NCBI GenBank assembly: GCA_964612505.1 | Contig: CAZTEX010000011.1 | Coordinates: forward strand, 1,441-65,440 | Length of the DNA stretch: 64,000 bases | Direction of reading: 5' to 3' | DNA from: an uncultured bacterium | GTDB lineage: Bacteria; Chlamydiota; Chlamydiia; Chlamydiales; JAAZZY01 | Shown here: piece after piece, positions 42,837 through 53,172 of the stretch | How positions within the stretch are numbered: the first letter of the stretch is position 1 | Layout of the letters: each line of letters opens with the position of its first letter | The notes under the pieces: generated by a model | The model's database searches: none | Seen by the model: the letters and a program-made list of their open reading frames with translations, nothing else | What the model was told of the DNA's origin: nothing | Translations under genes and position numbers: made by a program

Positions 42837-43460
42837 ATGCAAGATCTGATTTTGTCTGCCGTCGAAGATGGTATTGCAGCTATTCAACAACTTAAAAATA
42901 GTCACAGCCTCACCTTTATTGAACAAAGTGCGCAAATGATTGCAGATTGTTATCAAAAAGGGGGCAAACTCATTATTGCAGGTAATGGCGGTAGTTTGTG
43001 TGACGCAGCTCATTTTGCAGAAGAAATGACGGGTCAATATCGTTTGCCTCGCGCTGCTTTGCCAGCGATTGCTCTTAATGATCCTGGATTTTTAACTTGT
43101 ACTGCCAACGATTTTGGTTTTGAAACTGTCTTTGCTAGAGGTGTTGCTGCTTTTGGAAATCCCGGAGATATCTTTATTGGTTTAACTACAAGCGGTAATT
43201 CAGTCAATTTGATCAAGGGCTTTGAAGTTGCCATCCAAAAAAGGCTGAAAACAATTGCTTTTTTAGGAAAAGGGGGAGGTAAGTTAAAAGGGATTGCAGA
43301 TCTAGAGCTCATTATCGAAGATTTCAAAACTTCAGATCGTATTCAAGAAGCTCATATGAGCGCTATTCACATTGTCATAGAGATGGTTGAAAAAGAATTA
43401 TTCTATGGTAAAAATTCTCCATTTCCCCGTTCTTTACAATTTTTACCCTTAAAATCATAA
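42837..43460 (+). CDS. gmhA: D-sedoheptulose-7-phosphate isomerase (SIS domain)
   Basis: 207 aa. ..KLIIAGNGGSLCDAAHFAEEMTG.., ..TTSGNSVN.., ..IQEAHMSAIHIV.. Confidence 0.85.
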   Translation: MQDLILSAVEDGIAAIQQLKNSHSLTFIEQSAQMIADCYQKGGKLIIAGNGGSLCDAAHFAEEMTGQYRLPRAALPAIALNDPGFLTCTANDFGFETVFARGVAAFGNPGDIFIGLTTSGNSVNLIKGFEVAIQKRLKTIAFLGKGGGKLKGIADLELIIEDFKTSDRIQEAHMSAIHIVIEMVEKELFYGKNSPFPRSLQFLPLKS

Positions 43461-43461
43461 A

Positions 43462-44589
43462 ATGATCTTAAAGTTAATGGATCAAATTCATTCCTCTAAA
43501 AAAGGGATCGCTTTGAATTTTTTGCGAGCCATTCTTTTTTTTGTGAGTTTGCTTTATCGATTAGTGATGGCTGTAAGAAACGCTTTTTATGATAGCTGTT
43601 ATCAACAGAAAGATAAAAACCAAATGAAGTTTTTTGGATTCAAAGTACATTCATTTAAGCCACAGGTTATCAGTATTGGCAATATCGTTGCTGGCGGAAC
43701 GGGAAAAACTCCTTTAACGATATTACTTGCAAAAAAGATCTTAGCGAAGAAAAAAACAGTGGCCATACTCTCTCGTGGTTATAAAGCAAAAATGGAACAT
43801 TCTCCTTCTGGGTCAGAGCAAATTAGCAAAGGGCAAGGCCCAGAGCGTTCTGCAATAGAGTGTGGAGATGAGCCTTATTTGATGAGTCGCAGCGTGCCCG
43901 AAGCTTTATTTTATGTAGGCAAAAGCAGAATTGAAAGCGCGCGCAAGGCAACAGATAAAAAAGCGCAGGTTATTTTGCTCGATGATGGGATGCAATATCG
44001 AAAGTTATTTAGAAACTATGACGTTGTCATCCTTGATGCTCAAGATCCATTTGGTAGAAATTATTTCTTACCGAGAGGTCTTTTAAGAGAACATCCAAAA
44101 TCCTTGAAACGAGCCAATCTTCTTGTCATCAATCATGTGCAAGATAGAGCTCATTTTGACAAAGTATTAACGCAAGTGCGCTCTTTTAGCTCGGCTTTAG
44201 CGGTCGCCACTAGGCCTAGATATCTAAAAACTATTTTAATGAGTTCAAGGTTAGAAATTTCTTTAAAAGGAAAAAAGGTCATTGCATTTTGTGGAATAGC
44301 AAAACCCAATTATTTTTTTGAGCTTCTAAAGCAGCAAGGGGCCATTATTTCTTCAAAATATATTTTTGCTGATCACGAGCCAACTCCATTAGGTTTTTTA
44401 GAAAAGCTTTCGGGTGAGATAAGAAATGAGAAGGTTGATTTTGTTGTCTGTACAGAAAAAGATGCTGTAAAATTAGAAAATTTAAAATTAGAGCAACCCC
44501 TAGCCTATATTGTTATGGAGCTAGAGATTCTCTATGGGCAAAACGAATTAGACCAAGCGATCGAAAGCATGATCTTTAGCGCTAATTAG
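43462..44589 (+). CDS. lpxK: tetraacyldisaccharide 4'-kinase
   Basis: 375 aa. N-terminal TM segment, P-loop ..SIGNIVAGGTGKTP.., ..ILSRGYK.., ..ILLDDGMQ.. Confidence 0.9.
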   Translation: MILKLMDQIHSSKKGIALNFLRAILFFVSLLYRLVMAVRNAFYDSCYQQKDKNQMKFFGFKVHSFKPQVISIGNIVAGGTGKTPLTILLAKKILAKKKTVAILSRGYKAKMEHSPSGSEQISKGQGPERSAIECGDEPYLMSRSVPEALFYVGKSRIESARKATDKKAQVILLDDGMQYRKLFRNYDVVILDAQDPFGRNYFLPRGLLREHPKSLKRANLLVINHVQDRAHFDKVLTQVRSFSSALAVATRPRYLKTILMSSRLEISLKGKKVIAFCGIAKPNYFFELLKQQGAIISSKYIFADHEPTPLGFLEKLSGEIRNEKVDFVVCTEKDAVKLENLKLEQPLAYIVMELEILYGQNELDQAIESMIFSAN

Positions 44590-44885
44590 GAATCTTTTAT
44601 CCAGGTATTAAGATTAAATTTTCAAAAAATAATTGTTGTTTTGTTTCAAAATAGGACTATCTAGGTCAAGAGCCAAGAGATCTTTTTTGGTGCATATAAT
44701 CGTTTATTGGGCTAAAATTCATAGCAATATTTTGATAAAATTAAAAAATAAATATTATCTCAAGATGAAAAAGTTTTCTTTAAGAGGGCTCTTTTTTAAT
44801 CTATTTTGTGCGTTTCCTCCGTCTGTTTGAAAATGTATGGATAATAAATGAGATGAATTTGTTATAAAAATTAAGGAAAGAGCCT

Positions 44886-46124
44886 ATGAAATTATGGTTA
44901 AAGATCTTAATAGGAATGTTCTTAGGAGTTCTTGTTGGGGTATTAGTTGGACCCAAAGCTGAACACCTTAAACCTCTTGGTCAAATATTTCTAAATATGA
45001 TCAGCATGCTGATCATACCTCTTATCTTTTCATCAATGATCGTTGGTATTAATAGTATTCGAGATCCTGGTAAGCTCGGACGCGTTGGGATAAAAACCAT
45101 CGGACTTTATGTTTCAACCACCGTCATTGCTATTTGCATCGGGCTGACTTTTGCATTTCTGTTTAAGCCAGGATGCAATCTTGGTTTTGCTGCTGCTTTG
45201 CAGTCAAGTGCTCATAACTATGATAAAGTGGAAGGAATCTCCACTCTTATTTTAAATGTGATCCCAAGTAATCCTTTTGCTTCATTTACTTCTGGAAATA
45301 TCTTGCAAGTCATCGTATTTGCTATTTTTGTGGGACTAGCGATTCAAATGACTGCAAAAAAAGCAGATCCGTTTTTAAACTTTTTAGAATCTGTCTCTGA
45401 AGTCATGTATTCTCTGACAAACATAGTCATGAAATTTGCTCCTGTTGGGGTTTTTGCAATTATGGCCTCTGTGGCCGGTACTTTTGGAATAGGGGTACTC
45501 ATTCCGCTGGCTAAGCTACTGGGGACTATTTATCTAGCCTCGTTAGTCCAATTGGGATTATTTACATTTATGCTCATGTTTTTGTGTGGCTTAAATCCGA
45601 TCTTATTTTTTAAAGGTATGATCGAAGCCATGATCTTTGCTTTTTCAACGTGCAGTAGCTCAGCGAGCGTACCAATTACTATTCATTGCGCTGTTCATAA
45701 CTTAGGAGTTCCAAAAAATATTGCCCGTTTTGTGATCCCCCTTGGATCTACTGTCAATATGAATGGAACGGCTATTTTTCATGGCGTAGCGGCTGTTTTT
45801 GTAGCTCAAATGTATGGAATTAACCTTAGTGTTCAAAGCATTATCATTATTGTGGTGACCTCAACCCTATCTGCAATTGGTACAGCGGGCATTCCGGGTG
45901 CTGGTTTTTTAATTTTATCGATGGTCTTAAAATCAGTCGGTTTGCCTTTAGAAGGCCTTGCCATCATTTTTGCTATCGATAGACTGCGAGATATGGTTGG
46001 TACGGTAGTTAATATCGTCGGTGATGCCATTGTAGCTGTTTATGTAGCTAAATCAGAAGGAGAGTTAGATTTGAAACAATATAATGATCCTCACATCTTA
46101 GTTTTAGAAAATAGCGAAATGTAA
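44886..46124 (+). CDS. dicarboxylate/amino acid:cation symporter (DAACS family)
   Basis: 412 aa, polytopic. ..SSSASVPIT.. and ..IPGAGFL..DRLRDMVGTVVNIVGDA.. are typical of GltP/SstT-type carriers. Confidence 0.85.
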   Translation: MKLWLKILIGMFLGVLVGVLVGPKAEHLKPLGQIFLNMISMLIIPLIFSSMIVGINSIRDPGKLGRVGIKTIGLYVSTTVIAICIGLTFAFLFKPGCNLGFAAALQSSAHNYDKVEGISTLILNVIPSNPFASFTSGNILQVIVFAIFVGLAIQMTAKKADPFLNFLESVSEVMYSLTNIVMKFAPVGVFAIMASVAGTFGIGVLIPLAKLLGTIYLASLVQLGLFTFMLMFLCGLNPILFFKGMIEAMIFAFSTCSSSASVPITIHCAVHNLGVPKNIARFVIPLGSTVNMNGTAIFHGVAAVFVAQMYGINLSVQSIIIIVVTSTLSAIGTAGIPGAGFLILSMVLKSVGLPLEGLAIIFAIDRLRDMVGTVVNIVGDAIVAVYVAKSEGELDLKQYNDPHILVLENSEM

Positions 46125-46139
46125 GAAAGGAGAAATAAA

Positions 46140-47303
46140 ATGAGTGATCGTATTGTAGAAATTCATCTTCCCAAGCTTGGAGAAAGTATTGTGAGCGCTA
46201 CCATTGTGCAGTGGCTCAAAGAAGAAGGTGATGTGGTCGTACAAGACGAGCCCATTTTAGAAGTCTCTACAGATAAGGTGAACAGTGAAATTCCTGCGCC
46301 CTACTCTGGGGTCCTTACCGAAAAACTAGTTCATGAAAATCAAGAAGTCGACGTAGGAGCTCCTTTAGCTAAATTACTACTTGAAAAAAATGAAAAAACG
46401 CTTGCTACTGCTTCACTAAAAATGGACGCGTCAGATCCTAGCCAAGACGTTAAGAATGATTTTTTATCACCTGCTGTTTTAAATTTGGCTCGCAAAAAGG
46501 GAGTGACTCTTGAAGAGTTAGCCAAAATTAAAGGAAGTGGACATGCTGGGCGTGTGACAAAAAAAGATGTGGAAGATTTCTTAGAGAAACCGAGCTTAAA
46601 TAACTCTAAGCAACCAGAGCCAGAATTTGAAAAGCTTCCTATGTGTGGTCTTCGTAAAGCGATCGCTGATAATATGGTCCGCTCTTTCTATCAAGCTCCC
46701 CACGCCTCACTAGTGGCAGAAGTTGACGTTACAGATATCATGGAAAATATTAAAGCTAGTAAACAACTATTTTTGGACGAGCATGGCGTTAAAATAACCA
46801 TTACCAGCTATATTATTAAAGCCATTGCGGATGCGGTAAAAAAATACCCTATGGTTAATGCTTCTGTCGACAAAGATACCATTATCATGAAGCGTTATGT
46901 CAATTTAGGAATTGCCGTCAGTATTGAAAATGGTGTCGTAGTTCCTGTGATTAAAGATTGTCAAAAGAAAGGTATTCCAGAAATTGCTAAAGAGGTCGCA
47001 AGACTCTCTGAACTTGCCAGAAAAAGTAGGCTTAGTCAAGCTGATGTTCAAGATGGATCGATCACCATGACAAATTTTGGGATGTCTGGAATGCATATAG
47101 GTATTCCTATTATTCGATACCCAGAAGTCGCTATTGTAGGTGTAGGAAGTATTCATAAAACGGTCAGCCCGATTACCGATGTTTCGTTTGGAATTAGGCA
47201 AAAGGTCTTTTTAACTTTGACTTTTGATCACCGCGTAATTGATGGAATTTATGGAGCCGACTTTTTAGGACATATTAAAACAAGCTTAGAGACTCTTACT
47301 TAG
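46140..47303 (+). CDS. 2-oxoacid dehydrogenase E2 component (dihydrolipoamide acyltransferase)
   Basis: 387 aa. Lipoyl domain (..[14 protein letters not shown]..), E3-binding domain (..[26 protein letters not shown]..) and catalytic ..[10 protein letters not shown].. The substrate class cannot be determined from this sequence. Confidence 0.85.
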   Translation: MSDRIVEIHLPKLGESIVSATIVQWLKEEGDVVVQDEPILEVSTDKVNSEIPAPYSGVLTEKLVHENQEVDVGAPLAKLLLEKNEKTLATASLKMDASDPSQDVKNDFLSPAVLNLARKKGVTLEELAKIKGSGHAGRVTKKDVEDFLEKPSLNNSKQPEPEFEKLPMCGLRKAIADNMVRSFYQAPHASLVAEVDVTDIMENIKASKQLFLDEHGVKITITSYIIKAIADAVKKYPMVNASVDKDTIIMKRYVNLGIAVSIENGVVVPVIKDCQKKGIPEIAKEVARLSELARKSRLSQADVQDGSITMTNFGMSGMHIGIPIIRYPEVAIVGVGSIHKTVSPITDVSFGIRQKVFLTLTFDHRVIDGIYGADFLGHIKTSLETLT

Positions 47304-48534
47304 TTAAAGCTTGTTTAAGATGCTGATCAATTTTTTCTAGAAATTGACTCGTTGTTAGCCAAGGTGTTTCAGGGCTAATGAGCCTTGCTAAATCTTTAGT
47401 CATAAATCCACTTTCTACCGCTTTAATACAAACGTTTTCTAAGGTCTTAGCAAAATGGATAAGCTCCTGATTTTGATCAAATTGCCCGCGATGAGCCAGC
47501 CCTTTTGTCCATGCAAAAATAGAGGCAATCGGGTTTGTAGAGGTCTCTTTTCCTTGTTGATGTTTCCGATAATGTCTAGTGACAGTGCCGTGAGCCGCTT
47601 CTGCTAATACTGTTTTTCCATCCGGACTCATGAGTACGGAAGTCATTAAACCAAGTGACCCAAATCCTTGGGCTACAATATCTGATTGAACATCACCATC
47701 ATAATTTTTACAGGCCCAAACATACCCTCCATCCCATTTAAGAGCGCAAGCTACCATGTCATCAATTAAACGATGTTCATAATGAATACCATGCTCTTCG
47801 AAAGCTTTTTTAAACTCTTTTTCGTAGACTTCTTGAAAAATGTCTTTAAAGCGACCATCGTATTTTTTTAAAATCGTGTTTTTGGTAGAAAGATAGACAG
47901 GCCATTTGAGATCTAATCCATAATGAAAAGAAGCTCTTGCAAAGCCCCGGATCGATTCATCTAAATTATACATGGCTAAAGCCATTCCTTTGGCTTTGAA
48001 ATGAAAGACATCTAAGACTTCGGGCTCTGAGCCATCTTCAGGTTTAAAGATCAGCTGAAGGTTCCCTGGTTTTTTAATTAGCATTTCATGAGCGCGATAT
48101 TGGTCACCAAAAGCATGTCTGCCAATGACGATGGGCTTTTTCCAACCAGGTACTAATCTTGGAATATTGGAACACAAAATAGGTTGTCTAAAAATAGTGC
48201 CATCTAAAATGTTTCGGATAGTTCCATTAGGTGATTTCCACATTTGTTTAAGGTTAAATTCTTTAACACGTGTTTCATCGGGAGTGATCGTAGCGCATTT
48301 AATACCAACGCCAAATTTTTGAATGGCATGAGCCGCATCAATTGTAATTTGGTCATCTGTTGCATCGCGAGATTGTACTGAAAGATCAAAATATTTTAAA
48401 TCGATGTCTAAATAGGGTAGAATCAGCTTATTTTTGATGAATTCCCAGATAATACGAGTCATTTCATCGCCATCTAATTCTACAACAGGATTTTTAACCT
48501 TTATTTTCATCTTTTTTTCCATTAAGGTGATCAA
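47296..48534 (-). CDS. icd: NADP-dependent isocitrate dehydrogenase, eukaryote-like (type II homodimeric) form
   Basis: ..[39 protein letters not shown].. reads close to the IDH1/IDH2 type. The true start is probably ATG 48522 or 48510 rather than the track's TTG at 48534. Confidence 0.9.
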   Translation of the reverse strand: MITLMEKKMKIKVKNPVVELDGDEMTRIIWEFIKNKLILPYLDIDLKYFDLSVQSRDATDDQITIDAAHAIQKFGVGIKCATITPDETRVKEFNLKQMWKSPNGTIRNILDGTIFRQPILCSNIPRLVPGWKKPIVIGRHAFGDQYRAHEMLIKKPGNLQLIFKPEDGSEPEVLDVFHFKAKGMALAMYNLDESIRGFARASFHYGLDLKWPVYLSTKNTILKKYDGRFKDIFQEVYEKEFKKAFEEHGIHYEHRLIDDMVACALKWDGGYVWACKNYDGDVQSDIVAQGFGSLGLMTSVLMSPDGKTVLAEAAHGTVTRHYRKHQQGKETSTNPIASIFAWTKGLAHRGQFDQNQELIHFAKTLENVCIKAVESGFMTKDLARLISPETPWLTTSQFLEKIDQHLKQALTK

Positions 48535-48600
48535 ATTAGTATTAAATTTTATTTATAGATTTTAATATAGAAGAATTCAAGACATATTCGTGAGGGTACT

Positions 48601-49575
48601 TTGAAAACAAAAACGCTTCAGGAACTTTTTAAAACACAACAAAATAGTTTGAGCTATTTCTTTGAACATTTAGATTTGCAAAGTGTTGAAAAGCTCGTAG
48701 ATAAAGTTGCTCAAACGAAGGGGATTGTTTTTTTAACAGGGGTAGGCAAAAGTGGATTTATTGCGCAAAAAATTGCAGCTACTTTTGTCTCGATGGGTAT
48801 CAAAGCGATGTTTATGCCTCCAACAAATGCCTTGCATGGAGATTTAGGTATTGTCGATGGGGAAGACTTTTTTATTTTTATGAGTAAAAGTGGTGAAAGT
48901 GATGAACTTTTAAATCTTATTCCTTTTATTCGCAATAAAGGAGCCACCAATACAGTGCTGGTTTCTAAAAAAAATAGCAGACTAGGCAAAGCTGCAGATG
49001 CAGAAATCATTTTGCCAGTAGATAAAGAGCTTTGTCCCTATAATATGATCCCTACGATTTCTACAGAAGTGCAGCTGATTTTTGGAGATCTACTTGCCGT
49101 CGCTTTAATGCAAAAGAAAAAACTTTCACTGGATCAATTTGCTCACAACCATCCAGCAGGGATCATCGGTAAGCGCCTTTCATTAAAAGTGGAAGATCTC
49201 ATGCTTAAGGATGACCAGCTACCTATTTGTTATCCAGAAGACAAGCTCTCAGATGCCTTAGAGGTCTTTACTGAAAAACGCTGTGGTTGTCTTCTTGTCA
49301 TCAACGAGCAAAAACATTTAATAGGTATCTTTACAGATGGGGACCTAAGAAGAGCTTTGCAAGCACATGGAGCAAAGATTTTAAATTTAACCCTTAAAGA
49401 ATTGAAAAGACCGACTCCTCAAGTAATTTTGCCACAGAAAATGGCCTGGGAAGCGATGCAGCTAATGGAAGCAGATCAAAAAAGGCCTTTTATGGTGCTA
49501 CCTGTCGTTAACGAAGGTGGGCAACTTCAAGGCCTTATTAAAATGCATGATATTTTACAGTCTGGTATGAGTTAA
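48601..49575 (+). CDS. kdsD: arabinose-5-phosphate isomerase (KpsF/GutQ family; SIS + tandem CBS)
   Basis: 324 aa. ..VFLTGVGKSGFIAQKIAATFVSMG.. followed by two CBS repeats. TTG start preceded by GAGGG. Confidence 0.85.
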   Translation: MKTKTLQELFKTQQNSLSYFFEHLDLQSVEKLVDKVAQTKGIVFLTGVGKSGFIAQKIAATFVSMGIKAMFMPPTNALHGDLGIVDGEDFFIFMSKSGESDELLNLIPFIRNKGATNTVLVSKKNSRLGKAADAEIILPVDKELCPYNMIPTISTEVQLIFGDLLAVALMQKKKLSLDQFAHNHPAGIIGKRLSLKVEDLMLKDDQLPICYPEDKLSDALEVFTEKRCGCLLVINEQKHLIGIFTDGDLRRALQAHGAKILNLTLKELKRPTPQVILPQKMAWEAMQLMEADQKRPFMVLPVVNEGGQLQGLIKMHDILQSGMS

Positions 49576-50361
49576 AGGAAAAGGGAAGCCAAAAGAACCT
49601 CCAAGCTCTTCAGGGGTGTTTTCTGGAACTAAGGCATCAGGTGAGCCATCGGGATGAAAGGGAAGATTTGATAAAGAGAACTCTTGGCTATGATCAATAG
49701 TATTTCCTGGAACTAATGCAACGGGTGAATCACTAGAATGATCAAGAAAATCTAATTCATCATTAGGAAAATTGAAAGTTTGAACAGCTGTAGGAAATGC
49801 AGTTCTAAAAACTTGAGGATCGATAGTGGCATTTGCATTTTCCAATTCCCTATTAAGATCAAATGTTGTTGATGGATCAGCGAAGGTGAGCCTTCTGGGA
49901 TGAAACGAAAAATCATCCTCGGAAGAAGAATCTGCATCCTCATCCTCGTTTACGATTTCTCTGAATCCGTTTCTTAAAGGAGCGCCTGGAGCTCCATTAT
50001 ATATTCTCATCTCGTTGGCTGTTCCTGTTCCGCCCACTGTAGAGAAAAAATTAAGCGCTGCAGCTCTAGGAAGATGTGAGGGAGTAGTTTGCGCTGCGGG
50101 ATCGTTATTTGCAGTAACGCCTGTATCTAAATAAATAAATGGTTCTGGTGTATGAAGCTGCTCTTCTTCATACTCAGGGGCAGGTGAGGCTGTAAAGGGG
50201 GATAATGATGGGTCGAATCCAGAGCTTTGTGAATGAATAAATGATGCTGGAGAATCAGACCACGCTTCTTCATCGCCAGAGGCAGATGAGGGTGCTAAGG
50301 GAAATAATGACTGGCCGGAGGGTGATCCAGGGCTTTGTGTATATGCGTTAATTCCATACAT
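49555..50361 (-). CDS. hypothetical acidic Pro/Ser-rich, low-complexity protein
   Basis: 268-aa ORF with no hydrophobic core or known motif. It has internal repeats (YTQSPGSPSGQSLFPLAPS / HSQSSGFDPSLSPFTASP; SPVALVPGNT / SPDALVPENT) and a long AT-rich upstream region. Confidence 0.55.
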   Translation of the reverse strand: MYGINAYTQSPGSPSGQSLFPLAPSSASGDEEAWSDSPASFIHSQSSGFDPSLSPFTASPAPEYEEEQLHTPEPFIYLDTGVTANNDPAAQTTPSHLPRAAALNFFSTVGGTGTANEMRIYNGAPGAPLRNGFREIVNEDEDADSSSEDDFSFHPRRLTFADPSTTFDLNRELENANATIDPQVFRTAFPTAVQTFNFPNDELDFLDHSSDSPVALVPGNTIDHSQEFSLSNLPFHPDGSPDALVPENTPEELGGSFGFPFPLTHTRL

Positions 50362-50484
50362 AAAATGTTCCTTTTTGGGTATAAAAAAATGAAAAAGTGA
50401 AAATATTATGTTAGTTAAAATTGTTTAATTCAATTTAAATGTTAAAATAATTTAATAACTAATTTAAAATTTTAATTTAATATA

Positions 50485-51183
50485 CTAATTAAAAATTGAA
50501 TTGAGTTCTTGAAGAGAAACTTGCTTATATTTTCCGATTTCTAATTTACCAAGATGTAAATTACCAATTCGAATACGGCAAAGCTCTTCGACTTGAAGAT
50601 TAGCTTGTTCAACAAGCTTTTTCACTTCATGCTTTTTACCCTCTTTAACGGTGATTTTAAGGGTGTTTTTACGCACCTTGGTTACTTTAAGGGGCTTAAC
50701 ATAAGTCCGATCGATAGTAACACCTAGGCGTATTCTTTCTAAATGTTGAGGCTCTACTTCAAAATTTGTTTTAACTAAATACTCTTTTTGAATTTCATAA
50801 CGAGGATGAATCACATGATTGGAAAAGCTTCCATCATTCGTAATAATAATGAGTCCTGTGGTATCTTTATCCAGTCTTCCTACAGTAAATAGTCTTTTTT
50901 CTTCGTTGATAAGGTCGACAACAATTCTTTTGAATTTCTGCTTATCATGACTACAAACATATCCTTTAGGTTTATTAAGAATATAATAGATTTTCTCATC
51001 AGCTTTCTGGAGTTTTTGACCCTCTATAGCAATCTGATCAATATTAATATCTACTTGGTGCTCAGGTTTTAAAATAATTTCTCCATTGACGGAGACTTTC
51101 CCAGAAAAAATGAGATCCTCACATTTTCTTCTAGAGGCGATCCCATTGGCAGCTAAAACTTTACTTAATCTATTTTTTGTCAT
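50485..51183 (-). CDS. RsuA/RluB-family pseudouridine synthase (S4 domain + catalytic domain)
   Basis: 232 aa. ..RLSKVLAANGIASRRKCEDLI..GKVSVNG.. (S4) and ..VGRLDKDTTGLIIITNDG.. Confidence 0.9.
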   Translation of the reverse strand: MTKNRLSKVLAANGIASRRKCEDLIFSGKVSVNGEIILKPEHQVDINIDQIAIEGQKLQKADEKIYYILNKPKGYVCSHDKQKFKRIVVDLINEEKRLFTVGRLDKDTTGLIIITNDGSFSNHVIHPRYEIQKEYLVKTNFEVEPQHLERIRLGVTIDRTYVKPLKVTKVRKNTLKITVKEGKKHEVKKLVEQANLQVEELCRIRIGNLHLGKLEIGKYKQVSLQELNSIFN

Positions 51184-51341
51184 TTCAAAATATGTTTTTT
51201 CAAGTATTATAACATTTATAACTATTTAGTTTAATAATAAAAATAATAAATTAAAAATAGTTAGTTTCATTTTCCTTAGATATGCAAATTGAAAAATACT
51301 CCTTTATGATGTAAAATGTCTTCTTCCAGAGGTAAAATCCA

Positions 51342-52496
51342 ATGAAAAAAATTTTTATATTTATTTTGGTCATAGCTGTTTTTAGCCTAACCCTATGGAA
51401 TAAAGTTGGCAGTTCAATGACTGCAAAGCCCTGGATGGAGGAGCAAATCCACGAAGATTTAGGTTTTTTTTCAAAAGAGGACTTAAATCCAACTCGTATT
51501 GAGACTTCTTTTGAAAATATCTCTCCAGAATTATTCGTTGTTCATTTTCAAATCAAAAATAATCAGATCTATTGGCAGAAAAACTGGGATGACGCTAATT
51601 CTTCTAAACGCCTCCGAAAAGTTTGTAGAATGCTCTATATGTCGGCACAAAAAACGAAGTTACCTGATGTTAGTTTCTTAATGACTCTGCATGATGGATT
51701 GACAGAGTTGCCAATTGAACTGAAAAGCAATCAACATTTACCTATTTTAACTTTTGCTAAAACGCAAAAAGTACAAAATGCCATTTTATTTCCAGATCCT
51801 CTCACAGAAGAATTTGCAAGAAAAAAATTGAAGAGAATGCGCTTTGAACAATTAAAGCCCGGCAATTTTTGGTCCAGTAAAATAGAGAAAGCCTTTTGGC
51901 GAGGAGGTACTACAGGTGGAAAGTACTTCATGGAAGATTGGTATACCAAACCTAGAGTGCAACTCGCTCTTCTTTCTCAATATTATCCAAATGAAATTGA
52001 TGCTGGATTTAGCACTTTTTCCCCTATGGGAGAGGATGTTAAAACTGAAATGTTAAAATGTCTACCCAAAGTCGACTGGGTAGCACATAAAAAACATTTA
52101 AAATACAAATATCTAGTTATCGCTGATGGCCATACTTGCACTTATCCAAGATTTTACTTAGGGCTTGCTGCTAACAGCGTTGTTTTTAAACATGACTCAG
52201 ATCATTACCAATGGTTCTATAAGCTTTTAAAACCTTATGAACATTATATTCCTGTTAAAGCTGACTTTTCGGATTTGCCTGAAAAAGTTCAATGGGCAAG
52301 AGCGCATGATAAAGAAGTAAAAAAAATTGCTTCGAGGGCCAATCGATTGATCATGCAAAATCTAGAAAAAGAGCATATTTATTGTTATATTGACACGTTA
52401 CTTAAAGAATATGCTGATTTGCAAAGCTGCCCCTTTGAGCTCTCAGAAAAAATGCAGCCTTATGAACCCCTAAAGAAAACAATCAAGAGATCATAA
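51342..52496 (+). CDS. GT90 / CAP10-domain glycosyltransferase (eukaryotic protein O-glucosyltransferase-like)
   Basis: 384 aa with an N-terminal anchor, MKKIFIFILVIAVFSLTLW. ..AFWRGGTTGG.., ..KYKYLVIADGHTCTYPRFYLGLAANSVVFK..YEHYIPVKADFSDLPEKVQWARAHDKEVKKIA..IYCYIDTLLKEYADLQ.. reads like POGLUT/Rumi-type CAP10 domains as I recall them. Confidence 0.7.
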   Translation: MKKIFIFILVIAVFSLTLWNKVGSSMTAKPWMEEQIHEDLGFFSKEDLNPTRIETSFENISPELFVVHFQIKNNQIYWQKNWDDANSSKRLRKVCRMLYMSAQKTKLPDVSFLMTLHDGLTELPIELKSNQHLPILTFAKTQKVQNAILFPDPLTEEFARKKLKRMRFEQLKPGNFWSSKIEKAFWRGGTTGGKYFMEDWYTKPRVQLALLSQYYPNEIDAGFSTFSPMGEDVKTEMLKCLPKVDWVAHKKHLKYKYLVIADGHTCTYPRFYLGLAANSVVFKHDSDHYQWFYKLLKPYEHYIPVKADFSDLPEKVQWARAHDKEVKKIASRANRLIMQNLEKEHIYCYIDTLLKEYADLQSCPFELSEKMQPYEPLKKTIKRS

Positions 52497-52497
52497 G

Positions 52498-53172
52498 ATG
52501 ACAGAGTTAATCTTATTGCGACATGGACAATCACAATGGAATGCCATGAATCGCTTTACAGGGTGTGTAGATATTGGATTGAGTGAGCGAGGGGTTCAAG
52601 AGGCTATCCAAGCAGGTAATGTGATCAAAGATCGTTCTATTGATCTTGTTTTTACTTCGGCATTAACCCGGGCGCAAATGACAGCAATGCTTGCGATCAA
52701 CCAACATAGCTCTAAAAAACCCCTTCTATTTATTCATTCAGGAAAAAAAGCAAAAGAATGGGGGGAGGAGTGCTGTTTAAAAGAGGCTTTAAAAATGTGT
52801 ATCCCTACTTTTGTAAGTTGGCATCTCAATGAGCGTTTCTATGGTAAATTGCAAGGGATGAATAAAGATGAAGCTAGAGCAAAATTTGGTGAGGAGCAAG
52901 TGCAAATCTGGAGACGTAGTTTTGATATCTGTCCTCCGGGTGGAGAGAGTCTTAAAATGACTTCAAAAAGAACCTTGCCCTATTTTAAAAAAGAAATATT
53001 ACCTAAATTAAAAAAGAACAATATTTTAATTACTGCCCATGGAAATTCTCTAAGATCCATTTGCATGTATTTAGATGGACTAAGCCCTGAAGAAGTCGTT
53101 AAACTAGAGATACCAACGGGGCAGCCTATTATCTATCAATACCAAAAAAATACATTTATAAGGGTGCAATGA
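52498..53172 (+). CDS. gpmA: 2,3-bisphosphoglycerate-dependent phosphoglycerate mutase
   Basis: 224 aa. ..LILLRHGQSQWN.., ..ERFYGKLQG.., ..ITAHGNSLR.. Confidence 0.9.
   Translation: MTELILLRHGQSQWNAMNRFTGCVDIGLSERGVQEAIQAGNVIKDRSIDLVFTSALTRAQMTAMLAINQHSSKKPLLFIHSGKKAKEWGEECCLKEALKMCIPTFVSWHLNERFYGKLQGMNKDEARAKFGEEQVQIWRRSFDICPPGGESLKMTSKRTLPYFKKEILPKLKKNNILITAHGNSLRSICMYLDGLSPEEVVKLEIPTGQPIIYQYQKNTFIRVQ

Noticed and set aside
44633-44830. A 65-aa ORF in the 296-bp spacer upstream of the DAACS transporter. I also looked here for a riboswitch or leader.
   Set aside because: There is no SD. The composition is basic and hydrophobic, typical of AT-rich noise. I could not recognise any conserved riboswitch core or convincing terminator/antiterminator pair by eye.
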